Source: Bacteroidales bacterium UBA5235
GTDB taxonomy: Bacteria; Bacteroidota; Bacteroidia; Bacteroidales; VadinHA17
Length of the DNA: 52,620 nt
Direction of reading: 5' to 3'
NCBI GenBank assembly: GCA_002409145.1
Contig: DHUL01000040.1
Span: 16,590 to 69,209, forward strand
Of this stretch, positions 8,003-17,536 are shown piece by piece (the first letter of the stretch is position 1; every line of letters begins with the position of its first letter). The notes under the pieces are model-generated. The model had not been told where the DNA came from and ran no database searches. It saw nothing but the letters and a program-made list of their open reading frames with translations. The position numbers and the translations under genes are program-made.

Positions 8003-10425
8003 TGGTCATGTCTTCAGCGATAAGACTGCTTATAGCTTACATATTTATTTCAATCATCTCTGCCGGTTTTCTTTACGGACAGGAAAAGGTCATCACCGGT
8101 ACTGTAACGGACACCACAGGTGTTGCAGTGACCGGGGCAACGGTGTTCATTCCTTCCATTGGCAGGGGAACATTATGTGGAAATGACGGCTCATTCCGTC
8201 TTGCCTTCAACCAGGGAGGCATTGAGACTTTGACGGTAATCTTCTCATGTGTTGGTTACCAGAGTGACACTCTCACCCTCATGACAAACGGCTCTTCTGA
8301 CGGAATTCACGTGGTTATGATACCGGCAACAACCACCATTGAGGGTGTTGAGGTAAGGGCCAGCCGCTCTGACAACGTCACTGTGATTGGTATCCCCACT
8401 GTGGCGGGCGCTGTTATACCCTCGGTGAGCGGAGGGGTTGAAGCAGCTGTAGCGACCCTTCCCGGAGTCAGCTCCTTCAATGAGCTTAGCTCCGGCTATT
8501 CGGTCAGGGGTGGCAGTTATGACGAAAACCTTGTCTATCTGAATGATGTTGAAATTTACCGCCCTTATCTCCTCCGTACAGGTCAGCAGGAAGGGCTGAG
8601 CAGAATCAATCCTGACCTCACCGCTTCAGTAAACTTCTCCCCGGGTGGATTCAGTGCTGCCTACGGTGACCGCATGTCGTCAGTGCTTGACATAACTTAC
8701 CGTGAGCCTGAGACCCGTGAAGGATCAGTCTCACTGAGTCTGCTCACCTCCTCAGTGCATGCCGGGGCCCGCAGTAATGACAACAGGCTCTGGTTCATCG
8801 CCGGAGCCCGCTACCGGTCAAATGCCATCCTGCTGGGAGGCCTTGATACCCGCGGGGCATACCGTCCTCACTTCGCTGATATCCAGGCTATCGGCGGATT
8901 CCGTCCTGACAGCCGCACAGGTATTACAATGATCCTCTGGGGTTCAGTGAACCGTTATACATTTCTCCCAAAGAGCCAGACAACGACCTTCGGAACGGTG
9001 GAGAACGCTTTCCGTCTTTATGCCTTCTTTGAAGGTGGTGAACGCGACCGGTACAACAGCGGCGGCGGGGCACTCACCCTTGAAAGGAAACACACTGACC
9101 GCCTGTCGACAAAACTGATAATTTCAGCCAGCCTCGCAGCTGAATATGAAAACTATGATATCAGGGGTGCATACAGCCTGTCAGCCCTCGACAGGAATGA
9201 GGGAAGCGATAACAATCCTGACACATTGCTCAATGCCGGTGCCGGCAGCTGGTTGTCGCACGCCCGCAACTCCTTCAGGAGTCTCATCGCGGGTGTCTCC
9301 TATCGTGGCTCACTCACATCCGTAAAAAACAGCCTCGAGTGGGGTCTTACTGCCAGACAGCGCAGCTATGACTCTTTCCGTAACGAGTGGCTCAGGGTTG
9401 ACTCTGCCGGTTACACACCCGGGCAACCGGGTGACGGGCTGGCGCTTACTTCCCTCACAGTGCTCGGCAATAAAACCCGCAGCGTCACCACAGAGGGGTG
9501 GCTCATAAGCAGGTCACGCTTCACCCTGGCGGGACGGGCGTGCGACCTCAATGCAGGGATCAGAGCCTCATATGATACCTACAGCTCCGAGATGCTGATC
9601 TCGCCGCGTGTATCACTCCGCAGTGAGCTGACCCGGCGCTTCTCCATTTATCTTGCTGCCGGTGCATACCACCAGCCTCCCGAGGGCAGGGAACTGATCG
9701 GGGAGGATGTTGAAAACGGACCTGAACACGCTGCACAGCGTTCATACCACCTTACGGCCGGAGCGCGTTACGACTTCACAGCCTGGAACAGACCATTCAG
9801 GCTCACCACAGAAGCCTATGGCAAAATGTTTGACCGGCTTATTCCATACAAGACAGATAATGTCAGGCTGATCTATTATGGCGGTAATATTGCCGAAGGG
9901 TACACTGCAGGAATTGACATGCGCGTCAATGGTGAATTTGTGCCGGGAGTAGAGTCATGGTTCAGTATGTCACTGATGAAATCAGAAATACAGATACCTG
10001 ATCTCTCTACCGGGTGGTACCCGGCTCCGTTCGACCAGAGGGTGCACTTCAGCATCTTCTTCCAGGATTACCTTCCTGGCCATCCCGACTTCAGGGCACA
10101 CATCAATATTGCGTTCGGAACCGGAATACCGACCTCACCTCCGGGCAGGGAACAGTGGGACGTTTGGTTCAGAATGCCGCCTTACAGGCGGATTGATATC
10201 GGCTTTTCGAAAGTCATCCTGGGTGCCGGCAGAGCAGGCAGGGAGTCATTCATGAAAGAGCTGGTGGCAGGTATCGAGATATTTAACCTTGCAGACATAA
10301 GGAACACAATCTCCTATACTTGGATCAGAACCGTGAGAAACAGCCAGGGGCAGACCCGGCAATATGCTGTTCCGAACTATCTCACAAGAAGAAGTCTGAA
10401 CCTGAAACTGACAGCACAATTCTGA
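8002..10425 (+). CDS. TonB-dependent receptor
   Basis: N-terminal carboxypeptidase-regulatory-like domain, plug motifs LPGV..VRGG..ENLVYLND, GGFSAAYG..SSVLDI, beta-barrel ending in Phe. Confidence 0.92.
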   Translation: MVMSSAIRLLIAYIFISIISAGFLYGQEKVITGTVTDTTGVAVTGATVFIPSIGRGTLCGNDGSFRLAFNQGGIETLTVIFSCVGYQSDTLTLMTNGSSDGIHVVMIPATTTIEGVEVRASRSDNVTVIGIPTVAGAVIPSVSGGVEAAVATLPGVSSFNELSSGYSVRGGSYDENLVYLNDVEIYRPYLLRTGQQEGLSRINPDLTASVNFSPGGFSAAYGDRMSSVLDITYREPETREGSVSLSLLTSSVHAGARSNDNRLWFIAGARYRSNAILLGGLDTRGAYRPHFADIQAIGGFRPDSRTGITMILWGSVNRYTFLPKSQTTTFGTVENAFRLYAFFEGGERDRYNSGGGALTLERKHTDRLSTKLIISASLAAEYENYDIRGAYSLSALDRNEGSDNNPDTLLNAGAGSWLSHARNSFRSLIAGVSYRGSLTSVKNSLEWGLTARQRSYDSFRNEWLRVDSAGYTPGQPGDGLALTSLTVLGNKTRSVTTEGWLISRSRFTLAGRACDLNAGIRASYDTYSSEMLISPRVSLRSELTRRFSIYLAAGAYHQPPEGRELIGEDVENGPEHAAQRSYHLTAGARYDFTAWNRPFRLTTEAYGKMFDRLIPYKTDNVRLIYYGGNIAEGYTAGIDMRVNGEFVPGVESWFSMSLMKSEIQIPDLSTGWYPAPFDQRVHFSIFFQDYLPGHPDFRAHINIAFGTGIPTSPPGREQWDVWFRMPPYRRIDIGFSKVILGAGRAGRESFMKELVAGIEIFNLADIRNTISYTWIRTVRNSQGQTRQYAVPNYLTRRSLNLKLTAQF

Positions 10426-10470
10426 CGTATAAAGAAGTCAGAGTGACTTTTTTACTAATTTCGTACCCTG

Positions 10471-11211
10471 ATGAACAGGTTTGAGATCACATTTACGGCT
10501 ATAATGGCCACAATCATTATACACCTGACTGTGGCTGTAATCTTTATGTCTGTGAAAATCTCCGCACTCAAGCGTGAGATCGCGGCTGAGATCATTCTGT
10601 CAATAGATGAGGAGCTGCCTGATCCTGATATGGAGAAGGCTATTGAGCTTGCGAAGAGCGACCAGTTCCAGGGCGTCAGCCCGGAGGAGATGGTTAATAT
10701 CATCAAGAATATAGCTGACAAGCCTATGGATATAGATCCCAGGGAGTATGAGGACATGGTCAAGGAGGAGATGATCAGGAGTGGTCTTCTGAATGAAAAG
10801 AACTTCATTGACCAGCAAAAGATGGCGGAAGAGGAAGGGATGGAAGAGATAACAGCCAAACAAGAGGAGGTCAGGCCCCAGGTCACCGAAAAGAAGGAAA
10901 AGCCCCAGGAGCAGGGTACCTTCAGGGGGCCCACAAGGATTTTCTATGATCTGGCCGGCCGCCACCATGTCTACCTCCCGATACCTATCTATAAGTGCGA
11001 GGGTGCGGGTCAGATAACTCTATCCATCGTGGTTGACCGTGGTGGAAACGTACTCAGGGCGGAACCTGCCTCTAAACTCTCCACCACCAGGGATCAATGC
11101 CTTACGGAGACTGCCGTTGAGCATGCTCTTAAAACCAGGTTCAATGCAGACCAGAGCGCTCCGGAAAAGCAGGGTGGTTTCCTTACCTTCGTTTTTGTAT
11201 CGCAGAAATAA
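10471..11211 (+). CDS. TonB-like energy transducer
   Basis: Single N-terminal TM helix with His (IIIHL), acidic linker, TonB-C-like GQITLSIVVDRGGNV...RFN...QGG.LTFVF. Confidence 0.7.
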   Translation: MNRFEITFTAIMATIIIHLTVAVIFMSVKISALKREIAAEIILSIDEELPDPDMEKAIELAKSDQFQGVSPEEMVNIIKNIADKPMDIDPREYEDMVKEEMIRSGLLNEKNFIDQQKMAEEEGMEEITAKQEEVRPQVTEKKEKPQEQGTFRGPTRIFYDLAGRHHVYLPIPIYKCEGAGQITLSIVVDRGGNVLRAEPASKLSTTRDQCLTETAVEHALKTRFNADQSAPEKQGGFLTFVFVSQK

Positions 11212-11216
11212 GCTGA

Positions 11217-11939
11217 TCAGAAGAGTGTACCCTGGACAGGGTAGATGAAGGGCATGATCAGTTCCGGTCTGTTCCGGTCAGCCCTCGCATTGGATATCAG
11301 AGGGCTTATAGTATGAGCTGATAGCATATCAGAGGCTACGGGCTCCATAAGCGCTGCCAGAGTGTTTTCATCCGCACCTTCCCTGAGCCACATATGTTCC
11401 GCTGAAGCGGGAAGGATGACCGGCATCCTCTTTTTTGAATTGTGGATTTCTTCCATGAGCTCATTGGCACGGGTGGTAACAATTGAAAACGTATTAATGG
11501 ATATCCCCCCCTCCATAGTCCATGTGTCCCAAATGCCTGCCAGTGAAAAAATATTTTCCTCCTTCAGGGCTATATACCATGGTATCTTCCTGCCACCATG
11601 GTGCTGCCACTCAAAGAATCCGCAGACAGGAACCAGGCATCTGCGTGATGCGAATGAATCCCTGAATGCCGGCTTTGACGAGATAGTCTCAGAGCGGGCG
11701 TTAAAGGTCTTGAGTATTATTTCATTGGCTTCATCCTCACCCGTAATCCATGATGGTATAAGTCCCCACCTGAAAAGCCTGATCCCGGCTCTTCTGTCAG
11801 TACAAACAACAGGCATTGAAGGGAGACTGTAGGCATGGTAATAATAACTCGGCCTGTACTTGTCGTGGTCAATGAGTTCACTGCCGTAACGTGCCTCAAG
11901 CTCTTCCTTGACGATATTGACATTAACGGTGAAGCACAT
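11217..11939 (-). CDS. SOS response-associated peptidase (SRAP/YedK/HMCES family)
   Basis: Cys at position 2, WGLIPSW, NARSET, RRCLVP..GFFEW, LAGIWD, IHN.K.RMPVIL. Confidence 0.93.
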   Translation of the reverse strand: MCFTVNVNIVKEELEARYGSELIDHDKYRPSYYYHAYSLPSMPVVCTDRRAGIRLFRWGLIPSWITGEDEANEIILKTFNARSETISSKPAFRDSFASRRCLVPVCGFFEWQHHGGRKIPWYIALKEENIFSLAGIWDTWTMEGGISINTFSIVTTRANELMEEIHNSKKRMPVILPASAEHMWLREGADENTLAALMEPVASDMLSAHTISPLISNARADRNRPELIMPFIYPVQGTLF

Positions 11940-11957
11940 CCCGGGGTTGATCCTTGG

Positions 11958-13253
11958 TCAGGGTTCAGAAACCTTTGCAAACTTCAGCGGGACCGGAGCG
12001 TAATAGCTGAAAAGGTCTGTGTCAGGCCACTGGTTAACCCGCTGCAGAAATTTAGCCATCATATGGTCTATGTCGCCTGTCAGTTCCGGACCGTTCCATC
12101 CGCTGCTGTTCATCAGCACCACCCATGCAGTGCCGTCAGGCATTCTCTTCATCATGGCAGTGGTACCTGAAAATGATCCGGTACGCCACCACACACCGTT
12201 GGAGAGAGTTGCTCTCCAGCCTACAGGGGCAAATCCGTTATATGAATCTGTCATGAACACGATGCTCTCCGGTGAGAGCAGGTCTCTCGGATGCTCAAAA
12301 CCATCTACGGCAAGGAGCAGTCTCATAAGGTCAGGTGCAGTGGCCACCCATGCTCCGGCTGCACCGAGAGCCTCAATGTCATTTCCCCCCCTGCTGGCCG
12401 GCACCATCTCACCAGTGCCGTAGATTGAAGGCCTGAGCGGGGCATTCTCAACATCATAGTAGGAGACCTCAAGAGGCAGGGCATCCTCAGGCAGGTTTTT
12501 CCCGAGTGCCATATCATAAATCCCCAGTGGTTCAAGAACTCTCTTCCGGCAATAGGTCTCATAGTCCATTCCCGATGCCTCCTCGATGACAAGGCCCAGG
12601 ATTGCGTATCCGAGATTGCTGTATGACTGCCCTGCTCCGGGGGTGAAATGCAGATTCTTGGTCAGTGCGAATCTTATAATGGTCTTCAGATCAACAGGCA
12701 TCGGAACATCAAGTGTACGCGCAACTACCTCTGGCATGAACATCTGATCGCCATACCGCTGTGACCAGCCACCCTCATGTGAGAGCAGATGCCCGACAGT
12801 AATGTCAAATACCCGCCGGTCCCTGGGATTGGCAAAAATGGTGTCATCAAGTATTGCCCCGGGACCGAATACCTTTTCGTCCACAGACAGTTTGCCTTCC
12901 TCCTGCAGTTTCATGACTGCCACCGCAGTTACAAGCTTGGAGACGCTGGCAATACGGAAACGGTGATATGGCTCAACAGGAATTGAATCATCCAGTGAAG
13001 CATAGCCAAATCCTCGCGCATACAGAAGCTTTCCATCTTTTGCCACAGCAACCGATGCACCCTTTATGTCCCAGTTCTTCATGAACCATTCCACCCCCGT
13101 TTCCGCGTTGACAAACATGTCATTCTCAGACAGGGAATTATCTATCCTCAGATTTACAGGGACATAGTGACCACCAATCATAGCCACCTGTTCAGTTCCA
13201 ACCTTTGGCACAAACAGGAAAAGTACCAGGAAGACTATTATCAGAAGTCGCAT
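11958..13253 (-). CDS. Serine hydrolase, beta-lactamase class C / PBP-like family
   Basis: FRIASVSK (SxxK), LLSHEGG, YSNLGY; start placed at the signal-peptide Met (13253); 13274 and 13358 are alternatives. Confidence 0.88.
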   Translation of the reverse strand: MRLLIIVFLVLFLFVPKVGTEQVAMIGGHYVPVNLRIDNSLSENDMFVNAETGVEWFMKNWDIKGASVAVAKDGKLLYARGFGYASLDDSIPVEPYHRFRIASVSKLVTAVAVMKLQEEGKLSVDEKVFGPGAILDDTIFANPRDRRVFDITVGHLLSHEGGWSQRYGDQMFMPEVVARTLDVPMPVDLKTIIRFALTKNLHFTPGAGQSYSNLGYAILGLVIEEASGMDYETYCRKRVLEPLGIYDMALGKNLPEDALPLEVSYYDVENAPLRPSIYGTGEMVPASRGGNDIEALGAAGAWVATAPDLMRLLLAVDGFEHPRDLLSPESIVFMTDSYNGFAPVGWRATLSNGVWWRTGSFSGTTAMMKRMPDGTAWVVLMNSSGWNGPELTGDIDHMMAKFLQRVNQWPDTDLFSYYAPVPLKFAKVSEP

Positions 13254-13415
13254 TGGTTTTAAACGCAAAATCATAAAAGTGTACTCCTCAGGAAACGGCC
13301 GTAAAATTAGAATATTATCCTGTTCGTAACCCCATCCTGCATCATTTTTCTTAACCATGGAAAAAAAATATCAACAAAATTGGAAGGGTCATAAACTGAG
13401 AGTATTTTTGCATAC

Positions 13416-14924
13416 ATGTGGCAGTTTTTGAGAAAATCTTTATTTCTGGCGGCTTTTCTGATATACGGTTTAGGCCTATATGGCCAGACTGATAATCTGG
13501 TCACTGATTCGGTTATCAGCAGGATTGAGGAAATCCTTGAGATATACTACCAAAAACCGGTCTTCATCGATACCTCTGATTATATTTCCGGGATAGAAGA
13601 AGCAGACGATTTAAACCTTCAGATTGCAGCATCAAAGGGTTCATGCAGTGAGATCATTTTCCTTGTGGCCAGGGGTGCGGATGTTAATAATTTCGTGGGC
13701 TATACAGCCACGCCTCTCCATTATGCAGTCAACTCGGGAAATTGGGGAGCTGTTGAGATATTGCTGCTTCTTGGAGCCAATCCGGACAGTGAGGATAGGT
13801 ATGGGAACACACCACTTGTTGCAGCTGTCCGTGCCAATCAACCGGATATTGCAGAGAAACTCATCCGGTATGGTGCATCAATTACCGGAACCGACATGCG
13901 ACTTTCTTCTCCACTGCACCATGCCGTGGCGCTGCAAAACTTTTCGATGACTGACCTGCTTCTTTATTATGATTCTCCCACAGAGCTGTATGACATTGAA
14001 GGGAATACTCCCCTGATGACAGGAGTTTACTTTGGCTATTATGACATAGCTGACCTCCTGCTGCAATCGGGCGCTGATCCCAATGCTGCTGACAAACGTG
14101 GTTTTACACCACTGATGGCAGCAAGTCAGAACGGAGACACTCTCATGATGAGTATCCTTATTAAGGCAGGAGCCAATCTGTATGCTCTGAATTCCGACGG
14201 GATTGACGCCCTTGGCTGCGCTGTGGTTGGTTCTCAGAAAGAGGCTGCAGAATTTCTACTCGAATATGGCACTCGTTGGAACCATACCAGCGGCACCAAT
14301 GGCGATCCGGTGAAAATTGCAAACATTACCGGTAAGTCAGATATTCTTCAGCTGATGAATGACTATGGTCTGAAGGCAAAGCGGGAGTTTGCATTCAACC
14401 AGCTCTCATTTTCAGCAGTAGGCTGGTTGGCACCACATTACATGCTTACCGGAGGGTCACTTTCAATAACTGAGCCCGGCCTAGGTGCCGGTATTACCAT
14501 CGGCGCTGCCGTCAATCCTGTCAATCAGCGCCTGCTGGTCGAGAAAGACAATGGCACAATATACCAGTACAATGTAAGATCAAACCTCATTTACGCGGGA
14601 CTGTTCAGGGAATTCCTGATCAACAATCAGATAAGCGGGTTGCAGATCAGCGTTGTTCCGGCCCTGAATATCGGATATAAGTTTTACTCTTTTTATGCCG
14701 GAACGGAAGAGAGACCTGATGATAAATTGTGCATTATTCCTGCAGCGGATGTTCGCTTCGGCTGGCGCAACCTGAGCCTGAATCCCGGCCTGGCTTTCAT
14801 GAGATCACCTTTCCGCAAGGTTGGACCGGTGTGGTTAACCATGAAGATCACTTATGATCTAAAACGCCCCCAGAACAGTATCAGGGGCAAACATATCAGA
14901 TTATACAACTATGAGCAAAACTAA
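13416..14924 (+). CDS. Secreted ankyrin-repeat protein with a beta-rich C-terminal domain
   Basis: Signal peptide, about 7 ankyrin repeats (TPLHYA, TPLVAA, SPLHHA, TPLMTG, TPLMAA, GADPN). Confidence 0.88.
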   Translation: MWQFLRKSLFLAAFLIYGLGLYGQTDNLVTDSVISRIEEILEIYYQKPVFIDTSDYISGIEEADDLNLQIAASKGSCSEIIFLVARGADVNNFVGYTATPLHYAVNSGNWGAVEILLLLGANPDSEDRYGNTPLVAAVRANQPDIAEKLIRYGASITGTDMRLSSPLHHAVALQNFSMTDLLLYYDSPTELYDIEGNTPLMTGVYFGYYDIADLLLQSGADPNAADKRGFTPLMAASQNGDTLMMSILIKAGANLYALNSDGIDALGCAVVGSQKEAAEFLLEYGTRWNHTSGTNGDPVKIANITGKSDILQLMNDYGLKAKREFAFNQLSFSAVGWLAPHYMLTGGSLSITEPGLGAGITIGAAVNPVNQRLLVEKDNGTIYQYNVRSNLIYAGLFREFLINNQISGLQISVVPALNIGYKFYSFYAGTEERPDDKLCIIPAADVRFGWRNLSLNPGLAFMRSPFRKVGPVWLTMKITYDLKRPQNSIRGKHIRLYNYEQN

Positions 14925-15330
14925 CCTTATTCTGGCACTACTGATAATGCTCCTCTTTTCATGCGAGGAAGGCTTCCTGACTGATTGTGACAAGTGCTAC
15001 TCTGATCCTGCTCAATTGGTTGACCTGACAATTACTTACCGGAACCCTAAACGGATACCGGAAAGCCCTGTTGTCACACTTTATGAAGGAAATATATGTG
15101 ACAGTATCATCATAGTGAGGTATAAGGTCCTTGACCCCTACTCCTACATGCACCATAAGGCTATACCTTACAAAGACTACTCAGCTACCCTGGAGTTCAC
15201 GTATGACGGAAAGAAATACATCACCACTGCCTCCGCCTGTCCCAAGGTAAGATATGACGAGACAACCTGTGATGAACCCTGCTATTATATTTATGACAAC
15301 ATTCTTGATCTGAGACTCAGGTATGATTGA
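14911..15330 (+). CDS. Cys-rich hypothetical lipoprotein
   Basis: LFSC lipobox, DCDKC, C-terminal CxxxC; overlaps the ankyrin gene stop by 14 bp. Confidence 0.75.
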   Translation: MSKTNLILALLIMLLFSCEEGFLTDCDKCYSDPAQLVDLTITYRNPKRIPESPVVTLYEGNICDSIIIVRYKVLDPYSYMHHKAIPYKDYSATLEFTYDGKKYITTASACPKVRYDETTCDEPCYYIYDNILDLRLRYD

Positions 15331-15334
15331 GGGT

Positions 15335-15390
15335 CAGTCAGCAGTCGGCAGTCGTAAATCGCAAATCGCAAATCGCAAATCGCAAATCCC
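15335..15390. repeat. Heptamer tandem repeat (CAGTCRN x3, AAATCGC x4, AAATCCC)
   Basis: Direct reading: eight contiguous 7-bp units between convergent genes. Confidence 0.9.
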
Positions 15391-15407
15391 CACGGGGGTT
15401 GGTATTG

Positions 15408-16178
15408 TCAGATCCTCAGGGAAAGCAGGAGTTGCCTGAGTGCGTAGGGTGTCACATCTTCCTGTATCTTCCCGGCATCGGCAACGGATATTCTTCCCCT
15501 CTCTTCTGATACAATGATGACTACGGCATCAGTCTGCTCCGTAAGGCCGATTCCTGCCCGGTGCCGCATTCCAAACCTTGCCGGGAGGTTTGTCTGGTCA
15601 GTGGATGGCAGCGGACAGCGTGCAGCAAGTATCTTCCCGTTCTGTATAAGTACAGCCCCGTCATGGAGTGGTGAACCCTTGTAAAAAATTGTCTTCAGGA
15701 GCTCGTCAGTCACCAGTGCATTGAGTAACTCGCCCCCGTCAGAGTAAATATCCAGAAGGCTGGTGCGGCCTACTGCAATAAGTGCACCTGTACGCGATTG
15801 CGCCATTGATTCAACGGCATGAACTATTTCCTCAACTATCTGGCTGGTTGTCTGGTCCACCTCTCCGGATGGGAAATACCTGTCAAATGAGAACCTGTTC
15901 CTGCTCATATACCTGTTACCGATAGCCAGGAGAAATCTCCTGACCTCCTGCTGAAACACTATGATCAGTGCGATTACCCCCACCCCTATCACTTGCCCGA
16001 AAATGGCACTGATGAGCTCCATATTGAGAGCCTTCACTATGAGCCAGAACAGATAAAAGAAGAAGATACCAAGGAAAATGCTGAATGCCGCTGTTCCCCG
16101 GATAAGACGGTACAACTGGTATAACAGGAAGGCTACCATGAAAATATCGATGATATCGAGGACGGTGATCTGTAGCAT
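15408..16178 (-). CDS. cdaA: Diadenylate cyclase CdaA
   Basis: Three N-terminal TM helices, VFQQEVRR, PLHDGA and GMRHRAG catalytic motifs, VSEERG. Confidence 0.95.
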   Translation of the reverse strand: MLQITVLDIIDIFMVAFLLYQLYRLIRGTAAFSIFLGIFFFYLFWLIVKALNMELISAIFGQVIGVGVIALIIVFQQEVRRFLLAIGNRYMSRNRFSFDRYFPSGEVDQTTSQIVEEIVHAVESMAQSRTGALIAVGRTSLLDIYSDGGELLNALVTDELLKTIFYKGSPLHDGAVLIQNGKILAARCPLPSTDQTNLPARFGMRHRAGIGLTEQTDAVVIIVSEERGRISVADAGKIQEDVTPYALRQLLLSLRI

Positions 16179-16204
16179 ATTTCAGAAAGAGGTGACTGAC
16201 AAAT

Positions 16205-17059
16205 TTAAGAATAATGATCAAATTGGATGCCTTGAGGGTATATCTTTTCAAACAGCGTCACAACCTGGCGTGCCTCACGGACGTCATGGACCCTCAGTAT
16301 CGAAGCGCCCTTCATGAGTACAGCCATATTGAGGGCTGATGTGCCGTTGAGCGCCAGCTCAGGAGTAATGCCAAGAGTCTTCCAGATCATGGCCTTCCTT
16401 GAAAGGCCGGCCACAAGAGGCATTCCGGCAATGCGGAACTCTGAGAACCTGCGCAGCATCTCATAGTTGTGATCAGAATTCTTGCCAAACCCGAAACCCG
16501 GATCAAGTATGATATCCCTGACACCGGCTTCTCTCAGGGGAGACAAACGACGTGAAAACCAGACAAGAATGTCTGCAACAACATCATCATAGTGGGGATC
16601 AAGCTGCATGGTCCGGGGGATACCCTGCATGTGCATCAGTATATATGGCACATTCAGCCTGGCAACAAGCGGAAACATCCTGTCGTCAAGCTGTCCGCCC
16701 GATATGTCATTTATTATCGCTGCACCGTAGCCGGAAACAGCAGCATCAGCCACCGATGCCCTGTAGGTATCAACTGAGATCACTGCTTCAGGAAATTTTT
16801 TAAGAATCAACCCTGCAGCCCTGCATACGCGTTCCCTCTCAACAGGTTCAGGCACCTCCTCAGATCCCGGACGGGTGGAACAGCCGCCAATGTCAAGGAT
16901 ATCAGCGCCATCTTCCAGCATCATAGAGGCTGCCCTGACAATATCATCATCCTGCATATAGCGGCTTCCATGAAAGAACGAGTTGTCTGTGACGTTTATA
17001 ATGCCCATCACACGAGGTCGGGACAGATCCATCAGCCTGCCCTTTACATTGATATTCAT
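16205..17059 (-). CDS. folP: Dihydropteroate synthase
   Basis: VMGIINVTDNSF, DIGGCSTRPG, SVDT, INDISG, LDPGFGFGK, SRK, LRVHDV. Confidence 0.96.
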   Translation of the reverse strand: MNINVKGRLMDLSRPRVMGIINVTDNSFFHGSRYMQDDDIVRAASMMLEDGADILDIGGCSTRPGSEEVPEPVERERVCRAAGLILKKFPEAVISVDTYRASVADAAVSGYGAAIINDISGGQLDDRMFPLVARLNVPYILMHMQGIPRTMQLDPHYDDVVADILVWFSRRLSPLREAGVRDIILDPGFGFGKNSDHNYEMLRRFSEFRIAGMPLVAGLSRKAMIWKTLGITPELALNGTSALNMAVLMKGASILRVHDVREARQVVTLFEKIYPQGIQFDHYS

Positions 17060-17142
17060 GCCTGTCAGTTTATTCCCGGGTAAAGATAGTCATTGGCCCC
17101 GTACTGAAAGCGCAGAGTTCTTACCGTTGCCATCAAATTAAG

Positions 17143-17150
17143 TATATTTG
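17143..17150 (+). promoter_or_regulatory. Bacteroidota -7 promoter box
   Basis: TATATTTG matches TAnnTTTG, 25 bp upstream of the ATG at 17176. Confidence 0.55.
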
Positions 17151-17175
17151 CTTTCTGTAAATTCAGATAAGTTAA

Positions 17176-17517
17176 ATGAAAGGCATAAACTGGGCTGAGG
17201 AACTGGGGGTGGCAATCACCGTTTCTGATACAGAGGGAAAGATACTTTACATGAACGGCAGGTCAGCCTCCACATTCGCTAAACAGGGAGGACGGGCACT
17301 GGTAGGTTCCAGCCTGACTGCATGTCATAAACCTGAATCATGGCAGAAAATCCTGCAGATACTTAAAACTGAAAGCACAAACTGTTATACGATTGAAAAA
17401 AACGGCGTAAAGAAAATGATCTATCAGGTTCCGTGGTACCGCGAAGGAACTGTTGCCGGTTTGGTCGAGCTTTCAATGGAGATTCCGTTTAAGATGGATC
17501 ATTTTGTCCGTAGCTGA
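17176..17517 (+). CDS. Stand-alone PAS-fold protein
   Basis: AITVSDTEGKILYMN...LVG.SL..CH pattern typical of small PAS proteins; 113 aa. Confidence 0.8.
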   Translation: MKGINWAEELGVAITVSDTEGKILYMNGRSASTFAKQGGRALVGSSLTACHKPESWQKILQILKTESTNCYTIEKNGVKKMIYQVPWYREGTVAGLVELSMEIPFKMDHFVRS

Positions 17518-17536
17518 ACAACAAACTCCCCTGGAC

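Noticed and set aside
17453-17536. N-terminal extension of tmk in the ORF track
   Set aside because: Overlaps the PAS gene; the P-loop domain begins right at ATG 17537
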